This document shows, in pieces, positions 12,801 through 23,538 of a DNA stretch of 63,341 nucleotides. Numbering within the stretch: position 1 is the stretch's first letter; every line of letters begins with the position of its first letter. The translations under genes were made by a program, and so were the position numbers. The notes below the pieces were generated by a model. That model ran no database searches and was not told where the DNA came from. It worked only from the letters and a program-made list of their open reading frames with translations. The stretch comes from Phoronis australis (lineage: Eukaryota; Animalia; Phoronida): NCBI GenBank assembly GCA_002633005.1, contig NMRA01000073.1:396809-460149 (forward strand). Reading direction: 5' to 3'.

Positions 12801-15800
12801 TTAAAACCGTTGTTGTTTTCGTGAACATATGCTGTTACTTGCTATCATGAATATCAACATCTAACGCTAAAGACCGGAAGGGTGCATGCAAAATCTGGGA
12901 ATCACCTTGCCCGTTACAGCCGTTTAAGTTAAAAACAATGCAATAAAAGTCATTTTCTTGCATAACTTTCCGCCTTTTCTAACAATGAAAAGTATGTCGT
13001 TGTTTCGAAAACAGTACGCTCGTGTCACGCGCACACCCCATTTCCTAATTTTTTGCGACATCTCTCGTGAGATGATGATAGCTTGGCAGCAGCAAAATTT
13101 TTTCTGAAATTCGGTTTTTTAGTATCAAAATTCTAATAACTTATAATGAAGTAAAACCAGTTACGATAATTTGTTGTGACGGGTGCGCAACCTCGTGAAA
13201 GAACAACAGTTGATTGAAGAATCGGTGAAAAAAGAAACTGGCCAATAGGTGACGCAATAGTTCATGGCGCCGAAAGTCGACGCAGAAAATTACTCAACAA
13301 CTTTATCAGCAGAATAACGGTAGAGCGCCAATTTTTCCGAACCAGAAATTAATTTTGTTTACTTAAATAAGTGTGTAGTGCTTAATGACACTAATTTTGT
13401 GTCATAATTTATCTGGTCAGTGTTTTACCCCCATCGGCGCAAAGCTGTATATTTATTATCATGCTTTGCGCCAAGGTTAAGTTGTACCCAGTTGTATTTT
13501 GATGATAGCGTTCATACAGGAAGCTGGCTGGCTAATACTTGTGTTGAATTGTATTGTATCGTGTAGTACTGTACGGTGTAGCCAGCCAGCTATCTGTATA
13601 AAGACTAAAGTCAAAATAGATTTAGGAATCGCTTAACCAATACTCAGTCATCACGGTCCACTGGTTTTTTCACCACTTGGTGAAATGGATATAAACCCAA
13701 GGAAGGGAGGAACATATTTGTTCAGTGTGTTAGTACTAACCAAATTAAATTGCCTTGACAAGTTTAAAAAACCGTAAACGGTCTTGCCGGTTATATTTCG
13801 CCTCTTTCTGTTTTCCTGTAGCAACAACCGTCTGACCTCAATGACGTCCTGAAATTACCCGAACGCCAACCAATGAGCGCAATGAACCTTTAGTTCACAA
13901 GCGCGTCGCTAGGTAAAAATTGAAACTGGCTGGGTGGCAAGCCAAAAAAGTCAAATTTTCGAGTGCTGTAGTTCTTTTGAAGAAATTGATTTGCGAGCTG
14001 ATGTATTCGACGTATTATTTCTGCAGAAAAACCTGTCACGTGATCGCAATATCGACGTGTGCAGGTAAATGTTTGATGTGTAAAAATTCAAATACATGTC
14101 TGTGGGATTCCTTAACCAGCCACAAAACTATGTGTATTCGGGTGGAAAATGTATGCTTGTTTCTGAATGGTGGTCCAAACCCCAGTATAAATAGTAGCAA
14201 ATGCAACGTATGTCCATGCAGTACCACAATTGCACAACGCCAGAAATTTGTAACATTCTTGATCGGCTAGGTGACGCTTAGCGCCATGTCCCTAACCAAT
14301 CATAACAACGCATAGTAAGGTTAAAGGTCATGAAGCTTGGGCACTATTACTGGAGCCGAAGTCAGTATGCTCTGCAGAGCAATATTAATCAAGTTGACAA
14401 TAACAGCATTTGGAATGTCTGGGTCTACAGTATGACAGTGCTAGCTGGGTGATTGGGGTCACAGACACTATCAACATAACCACAACAAATGTGAACTGAA
14501 CGCCAGCCAGCCAGCCGCGTGTGCTTGCAATTGGCTTAAACGGGCTGCCAAAGCGCTTTTTATTAATTTTCTGATGTTTGTCAATACATATTTGTGTCCG
14601 GAATCCACTCCAATGTAACAGTTACTGAATTAAGACGAAGGACAACGTACCGTGGATCACAAAAAACGAAATAACATTTTGAAGATTACTAGTATATCAA
14701 CTATATAGGCCTACTCACAGGCGAAACTTGCATAATGACTGTACAAAATCCGACTTCGAAAGTATTTCTGAACTCATACCGGATGAGAAAATGAACAAAT
14801 CAGTTTCTTACCGATTCTACGCTAATCTCTCATCTACAGAGTGCAAATTCCATTGCAAAGAGTCGACAGCCAGGCGATCGGCAACATTTCATCTCACTGA
14901 CAGCACTGTACGCCGATCCATTTTCTGAACACAAGAGACGTGGAAAAATTTTCGAGAAACAACATGAAATTTGGATCAGCAACCTCTGAGTACTCCTGGT
15001 AGTCACCTAGGCTATCGGCAAATCCGATGGCAAAATGAATTCAGCCACAAACTTGACTTCAAAATGAGCTATGCGCTCAAATAGTGGCTTCCGGACGATC
15101 GTTAACATAGGCCTGAACGGGGTAACCTTCAAACTTCAAGAGACGTGGAAAAATTTTCACCACTGGCGCTGATATTTGGCGGTAACATGTCTTAACATAC
15201 ACTCTATGTGACAGGCTATCGGCAAATTGTGTAGTTATCTCCCCTTGCTTATAAATTCCTGATTTTTGCCTGCTCTTGTGTATTTCTTATGGAGGGCTGC
15301 TGGCAAGATTTAGCGCATGCGCAGTAGTGCATGTTACAAATTTCTGGCGTTGAGGCTTGTAGATCAAAACGTTTCTACCATTAGGTATGTGGAGACATGG
15401 ATTGACTTCTTGCATTGTCTTATTAACGTCGCACATCATGTAGGACTTTGGAGAAAAAGTCAATTGTGCTCTTTGGTCAGATTCATTCAGTGTACTTCCG
15501 ATACCCTCCGCCGTAAACGTAAGTATTCACAGCTGACGCAGCATACATTTACGCGAACGTCACAGGAAAATCGTGGGCGGTAGCGTATAAGCTTGTAGAT
15601 TATTAGGCAAATTCTGCGAAGAATGAAACATTTCTTCGATATATTTTGAAAAATATGGCCCTTGTTACAAAACATAAGTTGATTCATAAGGTGGATGAAA
15701 TACTATTCACGCCTAAAATATTTAAGCACATTGAATAAATTACAGATTATTTAGTTAATACGGAGATACGCCGAGAGAGTTCCTTGATATAGATGAATTC

Positions 15801-16805
15801 TAAGATATCCTGTGCTCATTCTGTGTTATAAATGTGTGCTTGTACTGTGAGCTCGAGGTCTCTTAGTAAAGCCTTCAAGATGATAAAGATTTGATAGTAA
15901 CAACGGCTCAATTTAACACCATAAACCTTATCCAAAACCAGTGATAATTCCAGGAATGCGTCCCCATCATTGGCGCTTAAACACTTTCACTGAAGCATTG
16001 TCATTGCTTTAAGCGGCAATAAACTCACCACAGCTCACAAAAATGAACTTTCGACTTCCACAACATAACGTTATGAAATTGGTTTCAAGATGCTAGTTTA
16101 TTATCATTTGAGACCCAGCTCACGGTATAACAGACTGCCAGTTCTTTTCAAACCCATACATCAGTTGAGACCATTTGTGAATGTCTCTGCAAGTTAGCTT
16201 ACTGGATGGAACACGGGCCGGTTTATAGAAACTTGAGCCTACCGGGTTGGACTTAATTATGCATCGCCGGCTCTCATGTTAATTTGTTTTGAGTAATAGG
16301 TATTGCATTCGGATTTTAACACAACGACAATGGAGAGCAATGGATCAAACATTATATCGGTAACCAAGACTGCAATGTTAGTGACCAGATAAATTTGTGA
16401 CTGAGCAGGACCATGTCAACTTACCCAGATAGCATCACTACGTTGGGCCGACGTCGCCATTCGTTGGCTCGAGGTCGATTGGTCGCGGTCGGTTTTTTNT
16501 GTAGCGGCACTCTTCTTCAAGATGGTGGTCCCCGGTTGCAATTGTGCATTGCTGGGAAGCGACTGAGGAATTGGCCACGATTTCAGGTAGCTCTCAAACA
16601 AGCCAGATTTGCAAAAAAAAATAGTTAGTTGACAGTACCCAGATAGCATCACTACGTTGGGCCGACGTCGCCATTCGTTGGCTCGAGGTCGATTGGTCGC
16701 GGTCGGTTTTTTGACGTTGGTCCGACGTTGGTCGGCGGTCTACGAGATGCGGCTTTTAGAAGCCTGTTTTGCACTTCCAAGTAAATTTGACGCTTGCGAT
16801 ATTAT

Positions 16806-17610
16806 TTTTTTATAGTCACAGTGTGTAAGTCAACCTATTTGTCCTACTTTGAGTATTGTTCAGTCTTGACGTCGGACCAACGTTGGCTCAGCGTCGAGCA
16901 CGTTTGACGTTGGGCCGACGCGGGTGCGACGCGGTGCGAGAAATCATATGTGGTGCTGAGTCCGACGTCGGTACAACGTCGTGTCGTGTAAAAAGTATAG
17001 GTCCATTTAACTATAGCGTCAAATTGAAAAAGGAAAATTAAAAATACGTCTGTGATTCAGAAAAATATTTACTNTTTTTATAGTCACAGTGTGTAAGTCA
17101 ACCTATTTGTCCTACTTTGAGTATTGTTCAGTCTTGACGTCGGACCAACGGTGGCTCAGCGTCGGGCACGTTTGACGTTGGGCCGACGCGGGTACGACGC
17201 GGTGCGAGAAATCATATGTGGTGCTGAGTCCGACGTCGGTCCAACGTCGTGTCGTGTAAAAAGTGTAGGTCCATTTAACTTTTGCGTCAAATTGAAAATG
17301 GAAAATTAAAAATACGTCTGTGATTCAGAAAAATATTTACTGCCGTGCATAAATCAGCCTATTTGTCCTTCTTTGAGTATTGTTCAGTCTTGACGTCGAA
17401 CCAACGCTGGCTCAGCGTCGGGCACGTTTGACGTTGTGCCGACGCGGGTGCGACGCCGGGTGCGAGAAATCCGACTGGTTGCCTGTGCTGAGTGCGACGT
17501 CGGTCCAACGTCGGTCCGGCGTTGTCAAAGTGTGTAGGTCCATTTCAGAGTCAAATTGAAAAAGGAAAATTAAAAATCTGTCTATGATTCAGAAAAATAT
17601 ATACTGCCGT
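16806..17610. repeat. ~268-bp tandem units (about 3) in the left subterminal region
   Basis: The block cctatttgtcct.ctttgagtattgttcagtcttgacgtcg...gattcagaaaaatat recurs three times. A single N at 17074 separates units 1 and 2. Confidence 0.85.
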
Positions 17611-18283
17611 GGCAATATGTAAACATTTCATTCCAGCCGGAGCCCAGCGCCGGGCCCGCCGGGGGCGGCGCCGGGCCCCGCCCGCTGCCGGTCTTTGTTC
17701 GCTCTACGCTCGTGAGTCGTTTTCGTCACATCAAATAATTGTAGTCATTAGTTAAACACTCTCTAATTTCCAAACAGTGTCATTTTCCACAGAATTTGCC
17801 ATCTTTCTCGGCACGCGGGAGTGGCCCGCTGAGGGCAGTAAGTTAACTTTTCTTCAACAGGTGTCGCTGACCAGCTAACCGGAAACTGAGTTCAAGCGCA
17901 AAACCGTTAAGCTGTTCACATTTTCAGTATCCATTTCATACATTTACGTCAGCCTGTGAGGTAAGTAGATATCTAGTTTATCCTCATAACTGTAAAACGT
18001 AGTTTCTTGTGCTTAATCAACAGCTGATTTGATGATTTAAGAATTAAATTTCTGTCCTGACCTGACTGATCAGATGAATCAATTTTCAGTGTCAGGCAGT
18101 GTAGTGGCCAGCCAGATTGCTGTGGTCGAAAATATTGGTGATCATAGCAGTTTCATCCACGCCAAAAACATGTCTGCTACTTATTGCTTGTCTGGTTCTC
18201 AAAATCAGGGACCACTAATTTCTAAATTCAATTATTCTACTGCCAGTACCCAGATTGTGTTGTGATTATGGTTATGCAGTGAG

Positions 18284-18653
18284 TAGGGAGGACAATCAAA
18301 AAGTAGGTCACGGTGCTCCATATCTGCCTCCATGTAAAACCCACGTCGGTAAATTACCCAATTTCAGACTTCAAAGTTAACTATAAGACAATTTTGTGTT
18401 ATAAATCGTTACCTTCTCAATGAGACGAATCTATTTATATGCAGCACATGTATATTCTCTTATTTTTTACGAAATTATGTAAAAAGGCAGATATTTTACG
18501 CATAATCGTCGCGTTTCAACGGCCATTTTCTCGTCAACCGTTCATCCAATTTTTCTGATTTTTGCACCATTTCATTTCTGACACCAAGGGCTTTTCAAAA
18601 ATGTATGACTTATGGGTATTGTAAAAAAATGTAAAAAAATGTTGTCCTCCCTA
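18284..18653. mobile_element. MITE nested in the EnSpm-type element
   Basis: Perfect 12-bp TIR TAGGGAGGACAA / TTGTCCTCCCTA, flanked by CAGTGAG and CAGCGAG. Confidence 0.8.
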
Positions 18654-19701
18654 CAGCGAGACTGTAAAGCCAAAATATCATAGCCATGGCCCATGCATGA
18701 GAGCTTGTTTTGATATCTTAGATCGTACCTCAGATATATCCCATGAAAATGAGAGTACTGAATAAGATATTATGTAGCTCTGGACGCTTACATAGATACG
18801 CCATAAATTTGGCAAGGTTTGCTATCTCGCCACTCCGTAGTCTACGTACGTGACAAGTGGGTTGTCAGATTGATTGTTGTGAATGGCTACAGCTTGACTT
18901 TCGATTGGGATTAGAGTGACCCCGATTGAAAGGCATGTGTGTCACACACTGGTAAGATTGCACTACAAACATCAGTGGAATTTACTTGATTGAGTAAATT
19001 TAAACTTCAAAGCATGCGAAAACGGAAAAGAAGAAAGTTGCAATGAAGGTGTTAGCTCACAGATCTCGACTGGAGTTATATAATTCATGTATATGTTCGA
19101 AAGCTCCTGTAAATACTGTGGGAAGTTATTGTAAGCATTGGAATGTGTATTGACCTGGTTCCAAAAATTCAAAATGTTGTAGTTTGGTTGAGAAATTACT
19201 AATCTCTCGTTACACTGCACTACAAACTTATTGCATAGGTTTTCAAACTTTTCACAAGTACCGGTAAGCCAAACTCATCATGACAAAATTTAAACTCTGT
19301 GCAGTGACAAGTCAACACAGTTTGTGGAGTCTCTGTTATTGTTGCTGACTTTTTCTCATATCATCTCTGTTCAGACAAGTAATAATACAACGTATGGACA
19401 CAACATATCCAGAATCAGAGACTAGTTTTAATAAACAACTTCATTAAAATGAAATTAAAAGGCAAATTTGATTTTCATAACACATTAAAACCGCAATCCT
19501 AAACAAATATATAGTTTATTTATCTTTTTCGATGACATTTATAAGCTTGTAACGCTTACAAGGGTGATACAGGATTTATCAATATTGCATTCCCAGGCCA
19601 AGGAGAGCCATAGCAATTCGACTTGCTCGTGGAAGAACAATGAAAAGACGTGCTTATGACTATTTTAACATGTTATTGATTGGTACTCATTGTGTTTCAG
19701 A

Positions 19702-19899
19702 ATGTATGCTGATGTGTATTTCACTGATGAGGGCAGTGTAGAAGTAGTTCCCAAGTGTTGGGTTTGTGCGAAGGGAGATGATTGCAAACTGCCACCCTCA
19801 ACTCTTGGAAAGCGAAGTAACTTTTAAAGGTGGCAGAACAGAAGAGATAGCCTGAGGTGGACTGGGTCTTGAACCATGCAGAAATTAAATATGCTACTG
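19702..19899 (+). pseudogene. Disrupted first coding exon of a transposon accessory gene (resembles the N-terminus of DUF4806/BEN-type proteins)
   Basis: Acceptor at 19700, then MYADVYFTDEGSVEVVPKCWVCAKGDDCKLPP, a stop and frameshift, then PEVDWVLNHAEIKYAT and donor gtaagt at 19900. The family assignment is from pattern memory. Confidence 0.6.
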
Positions 19900-21270
19900 G
19901 TAAGTAAATTTCCTGCTCCTCAATAGTTTCCTCGTTGTTGTAAAATGTGAAAATGTTTCAACCTCTGTAATTATAGCTGTGAAAAAGTTGAACAATAAAC
20001 TCTGTAATGCTTAGCTTCGTCAGTTGTACTTTTTAATGACGTCATTTTTTTAGTAATTACATATAATAGGACACTTTTGTTTGAAATTTAAAGATGCAAG
20101 TTAAAGGTGGCAGAAACTGAAGATCAATTGAAATGATGGCTGAAGTGCTGAGCTGAAGTATGCTGGCGACAGAGACGGTGACAGAAGATAGGAGGCAACA
20201 AACAGGTAAACAACAATGTTATAGTTTTCAAAATTGATGAATTGGCAAATCTTTTAAACACCTAGTCTTTCTAGCATTGTGAACAAAACTGATTTTTTCA
20301 ACTTTTATAGTAATGTTCCTTAATATAGAGTTTAGCTTTTCATACAAGCTAAACCTAAAATTAAACGTTCTGAATATGAAACCAAATACCTAAACATATG
20401 TTTTTCATGAATTTGCTTTGTAGTGAATTTAAAACTTACTTTCATGTATTTTTGCAATTTGCAGGGAAAGCTGTGCATGTTTCAGATTATGTCCAAGAAC
20501 TTGGTAGTGACGATCAAGATACAGATTGATTCTGCAGTGCATATTAACTTGGGCCTTCTTGTATAAAGGTTTAAATAGGAGTACTTCTTTATGCCTGATT
20601 AAAAATATTTTGTATTTTATTTAACTTGCAGATGGCATCTTAATTTCGTATTGATATGTTTCAATCTGGTCAAATTTAACATTCTGTTAAGTCTTTTTAA
20701 AAGTTTATACTGCTTGGGCCTGAGTTCTTATGAAGACTCTGTGTTGAGAGACATCTTCTTCAACTTACATTAAATTCTTAGACAGTTGAAAGAAATGCAT
20801 TGTTACAGTAAATGTTAAAATTGCTTTAAATTCCAGTGCTCTATATTCCATAGCTTGATTAACATTCAGCTTTTCACTGAAATGTTTAGGGTTAATTATT
20901 TGCCAGTTCGATGTTCATTTAGGCACATAATTGTATCTTAGTTTATTGATTTACATCTCATGTCCTGTGTTTTTCATAGTGCCCCATGGATCCCTGTTTA
21001 AGTATCCTTGAAAATGTTTGTGTTGTATTTTACCAAATGTTTGGCATACTCATAATTCTTGTAGTCATAATTACAGTAAGTTTGTTGATTTGCTCGTATT
21101 TCTCTACTTGATGTCCTGCAATGAAACCTTAATTACTGGAAAGCTCACTTTGCCAACTACTACCCTTATGGAACAATGATCAATTTTATTTTTTGTTCCA
21201 AACGTAGTTTTGAGTATTTGATATGTAAACTCAGGCTTTGTAATGAGCATTATTTTTTTAGTCTAGTATT

Positions 21271-21493
21271 CATGCGCGCACCCAGCCAAAATGGGGGGCT
21301 CGAATTTGATTCAGGGGTACGTTCAGAGCTATGAATTTTGCTTTCCTGGAATTTTGGTTATTCCTGCCTTTTTAGTGGACTTTTGTTTTCTACTTTTTTC
21401 GATATTGTTGTTTCTACATGGCTGACATTTTTGCCCACCCTATGAAACGGAAAGGGGGTCGTTTGAGCCCCCGAGCCCCCCGGGTGCGCGCAT
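21271..21493. mobile_element. hAT-like MITE nested in the EnSpm-type element
   Basis: TIR CATGCGCGCACCC / GGGTGCGCGCAT, with TAGTATT on both flanks. The right end is slightly eroded. Confidence 0.7.
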
Positions 21494-22022
21494 AGTATTT
21501 ATTAAGTCTTAAGCTCTATGGGTGAAGTGTTTGTTTCTCCTCCAGTGTAATGGTAATGTTAGCAGTTTTCATGAAAGTCACTACGCGAGGCTTGCCACAA
21601 ATTTACGTATTCAAGGTCATAATACGATATTTGCATCTTTGAAAGTTATCTACTGTGTAAATAGTTTATTTTTATGATTTACTTCATCATTTACCATTTT
21701 TGGTATTCATCGTTTCTGGTATTGATATGCTTTAATAAAATGCTTAAAGAACACAGGAATGCCTTTAATGACATACTGCATGCTGTGCATATCCTGATGT
21801 ACAATCGGAGCATTGTTGTCGCCACCAGTTGGATGGGTGGCCCTGACTGTTCTTAACATGTTCTCGACTGTTTACCAACGTGGAACCTACCTGCGACTTT
21901 TTAACCACGTGCGTTTTCCGATTGCTCCCATAGATGACATACTGATTTAATCGTTAAATCAGTACATGTATGTCCTCTATGGGAGCAAGCGGGAAAACCA
22001 GGTGGCTGAAAAGTTGAAGGTC

Positions 22023-22170
22023 GGTGCGACGTTGGCAAACGGTCGCCTCTAAGTTGGTGCGACGTTGGCAAACGGTCGCCTCTAAGTTGGTGCGACGTTG
22101 GCAAACAGTTGCCTCTTAGTTGGTGCAACGTTGGCGAACAGCCGCCTCTACGTTGGTCCGACGTCGGTAA
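22023..22170. repeat. 33-bp tandem repeat (4-5 copies) in the right subterminal region
   Basis: ggtgcgacgttggcaaacggtcgcctctaagtt occurs at 22023, 22056 and 22089, then decays. Confidence 0.9.
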
Positions 22171-22487
22171 ACAATCGCTTGCAGGGTGGCGGGACGTTGA
22201 TAAGTGGTTGGAATTGAATCGGCGCGACGTCGGTAAAGGGTCGTATTTCCGCCGTCGGGCCCAGGTCGTACCGTCGTCGGTTATTAGTCGGCAGTCGGAC
22301 CAACGTCGGGTCATCGGCGGCCCGACTGCGACGTTCTTCCGACGTTGTTACAACGTTCATCCGATGGACAAAATCACGTTGGTCCGACGTCAGACACCAA
22401 CGTTGGCCCGACGTAACGTGAGTCGTCGGACCGACGTTGGACCACCGACAGCATGCTATCTGGGTAGCTACTCGCTAACGGGCAATT

Positions 22488-22600
22488 GCCTATTAGCTGA
22501 ATGGTTAACACGCTTGCCGGTTTTATGGTGGTCGCTGGTTCGATTCGGCTATTACTACACTCCTATCTCTATGTCCCCCCATCTCAATTTTCCGTGTTAC
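22488..22600 (+). mobile_element. tRNA-derived SINE head (decayed)
   Basis: A-box-like TAGCTGAATGG and B-box-like GGTTCGATTC at tRNA-like spacing, without a cloverleaf. Confidence 0.5.
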
Positions 22601-22729
22601 AATGTCGGAATTTTATAGGCCTTCGATAAAAGTCAATTGTTGACTCCCCCATTAATGTTGTACAGAGTTGTTGCAAAATATACAACATAAAAAACAAGCA
22701 AAGTTGAAGATTATCGCACGATGCGTCCA

Positions 22730-23538
22730 TCAAATCACCGCACTTAGGCCTACCTCACCACGTGCAATGACAGCATGTACCGTCCTAGGCAGGTGCAATC
22801 AATAACACGTCGGCACCTGAAATCACAGCACTTAGCATCTACCATCACAGCACTTTCTGCACGTGTAATCTAAGGCACTTCCGCATCTACATGCTGTAAT
22901 TTACAGTTGTGAGCAAGTTATCCACAACAAGAGTAGAGAAGGCCACGGCATACTAAGATTAAGAAATACCTGACCGTTCCGTCCATGCAACAATATATCC
23001 GTCCATGCACGTCGGATTACCAATCGGATTGGAAATGCGGTGTAAGCTGCATTGGTTGGTGGAACAACTGAAAGCCTACAACCGGTGACTGGGGTGCAAC
23101 ACAATTTTTGCTGCCTTTAGTGGTGTGTGCTTGTGTCCAGCTTGGCAACTCCGTAACAGTTCTGGCTCACCACATCAGATGTGATCGAGGAACAGATAAA
23201 CTCATACCAAGCGTCTGTGCCTAAAGGCTAAACACAGCTCGCGTGTCCGCTTGTGTTCATCTGGTTCTCAGATAACAAGATCCAAAAATATATCTGTGGT
23301 GTTGATTGGCCCATCACACACTAAAACTGTTGAGTAACCAATCACATTTCTTGTTTTGGAAATGTTAACCTTAAAGCCGCGCCTTTTGGTTGTCAATCAC
23401 AAATTATCATTCAACCACATAGAATTCAACCAATCAGTGAGCAGCCCGCCAAGCGTCGGTTACGCACTGCATTGGAGTGAGTGAAGATTACAACATTTTT
23501 AAGAATTTTGTGTTAAAGTAGTCGCATTCTTGTGCAAG
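22730..23538 (+). promoter_or_regulatory. Candidate LBR promoter and non-coding first exon
   Basis: CCAAT/ATTGG boxes at 23020, 23028, 23051, 23305, 23338, 23430 and 23471. SRE-like ATCAC(A/C)GCAC decamers at ~22734, 22822 and 22844. Donor AAG|gtaggt at 23538. The LBR start-codon exon has an acceptor, so an upstream exon is needed. Confidence 0.5.

Larger units (their letters stand above)
12489..12851 (-). mobile_element. 5'-truncated Penelope-like retroelement with inverted pseudo-LTRs, inserted in a MITE
   Basis: A 12-bp TSD TATCAACATCTA lies at 12477-12488 and 12852-12863. Inverted arms of 109 bp (12489-12597 and 12717-12825) differ at one position. The spacer encodes IREALHISWCKPSLGRQLAHRGLSLLV, a GIY-YIG-type C-terminus. 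A 26-nt extension occupies 12826-12851. Confidence 0.88.
12346..13533 (-). mobile_element. MITE-like element with ~50-bp TIRs, host of the Penelope-like insertion
   Basis: Ends are TA(T/G)CCAGCCAGCT.GCTGTATGAA...CAAAATACAGCTGGGTAC and its reverse complement. The body is the reverse complement of the copies at 9860-11180. Confidence 0.75.
16638..22464 (+). mobile_element. Non-autonomous CACTA/EnSpm-type DNA transposon (~5.8 kb)
   Basis: Termini are CCCAGATAGCAT and ATGCTATCTGGG, flanked by TA on both sides. Dense subterminal CGACGTTGG/CCAACGTCG repeats occur at both ends. It carries a decayed internal gene; no transposase was recognised. A duplicate left end lies at 16424-16498. Confidence 0.8.

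Noticed and set aside
16638-22464. Regularly recurring GACGTTGG/CCAACGTC motifs and 33-bp units resembling a CRISPR array
   Set aside because: There are no unique spacers and no cas genes, and the context is eukaryotic. They are transposon subterminal repeats.
21901-22618. ORFs of 137 aa and 169 aa
   Set aside because: They are stop-poor translations of GC-rich tandem repeats with no protein motif.
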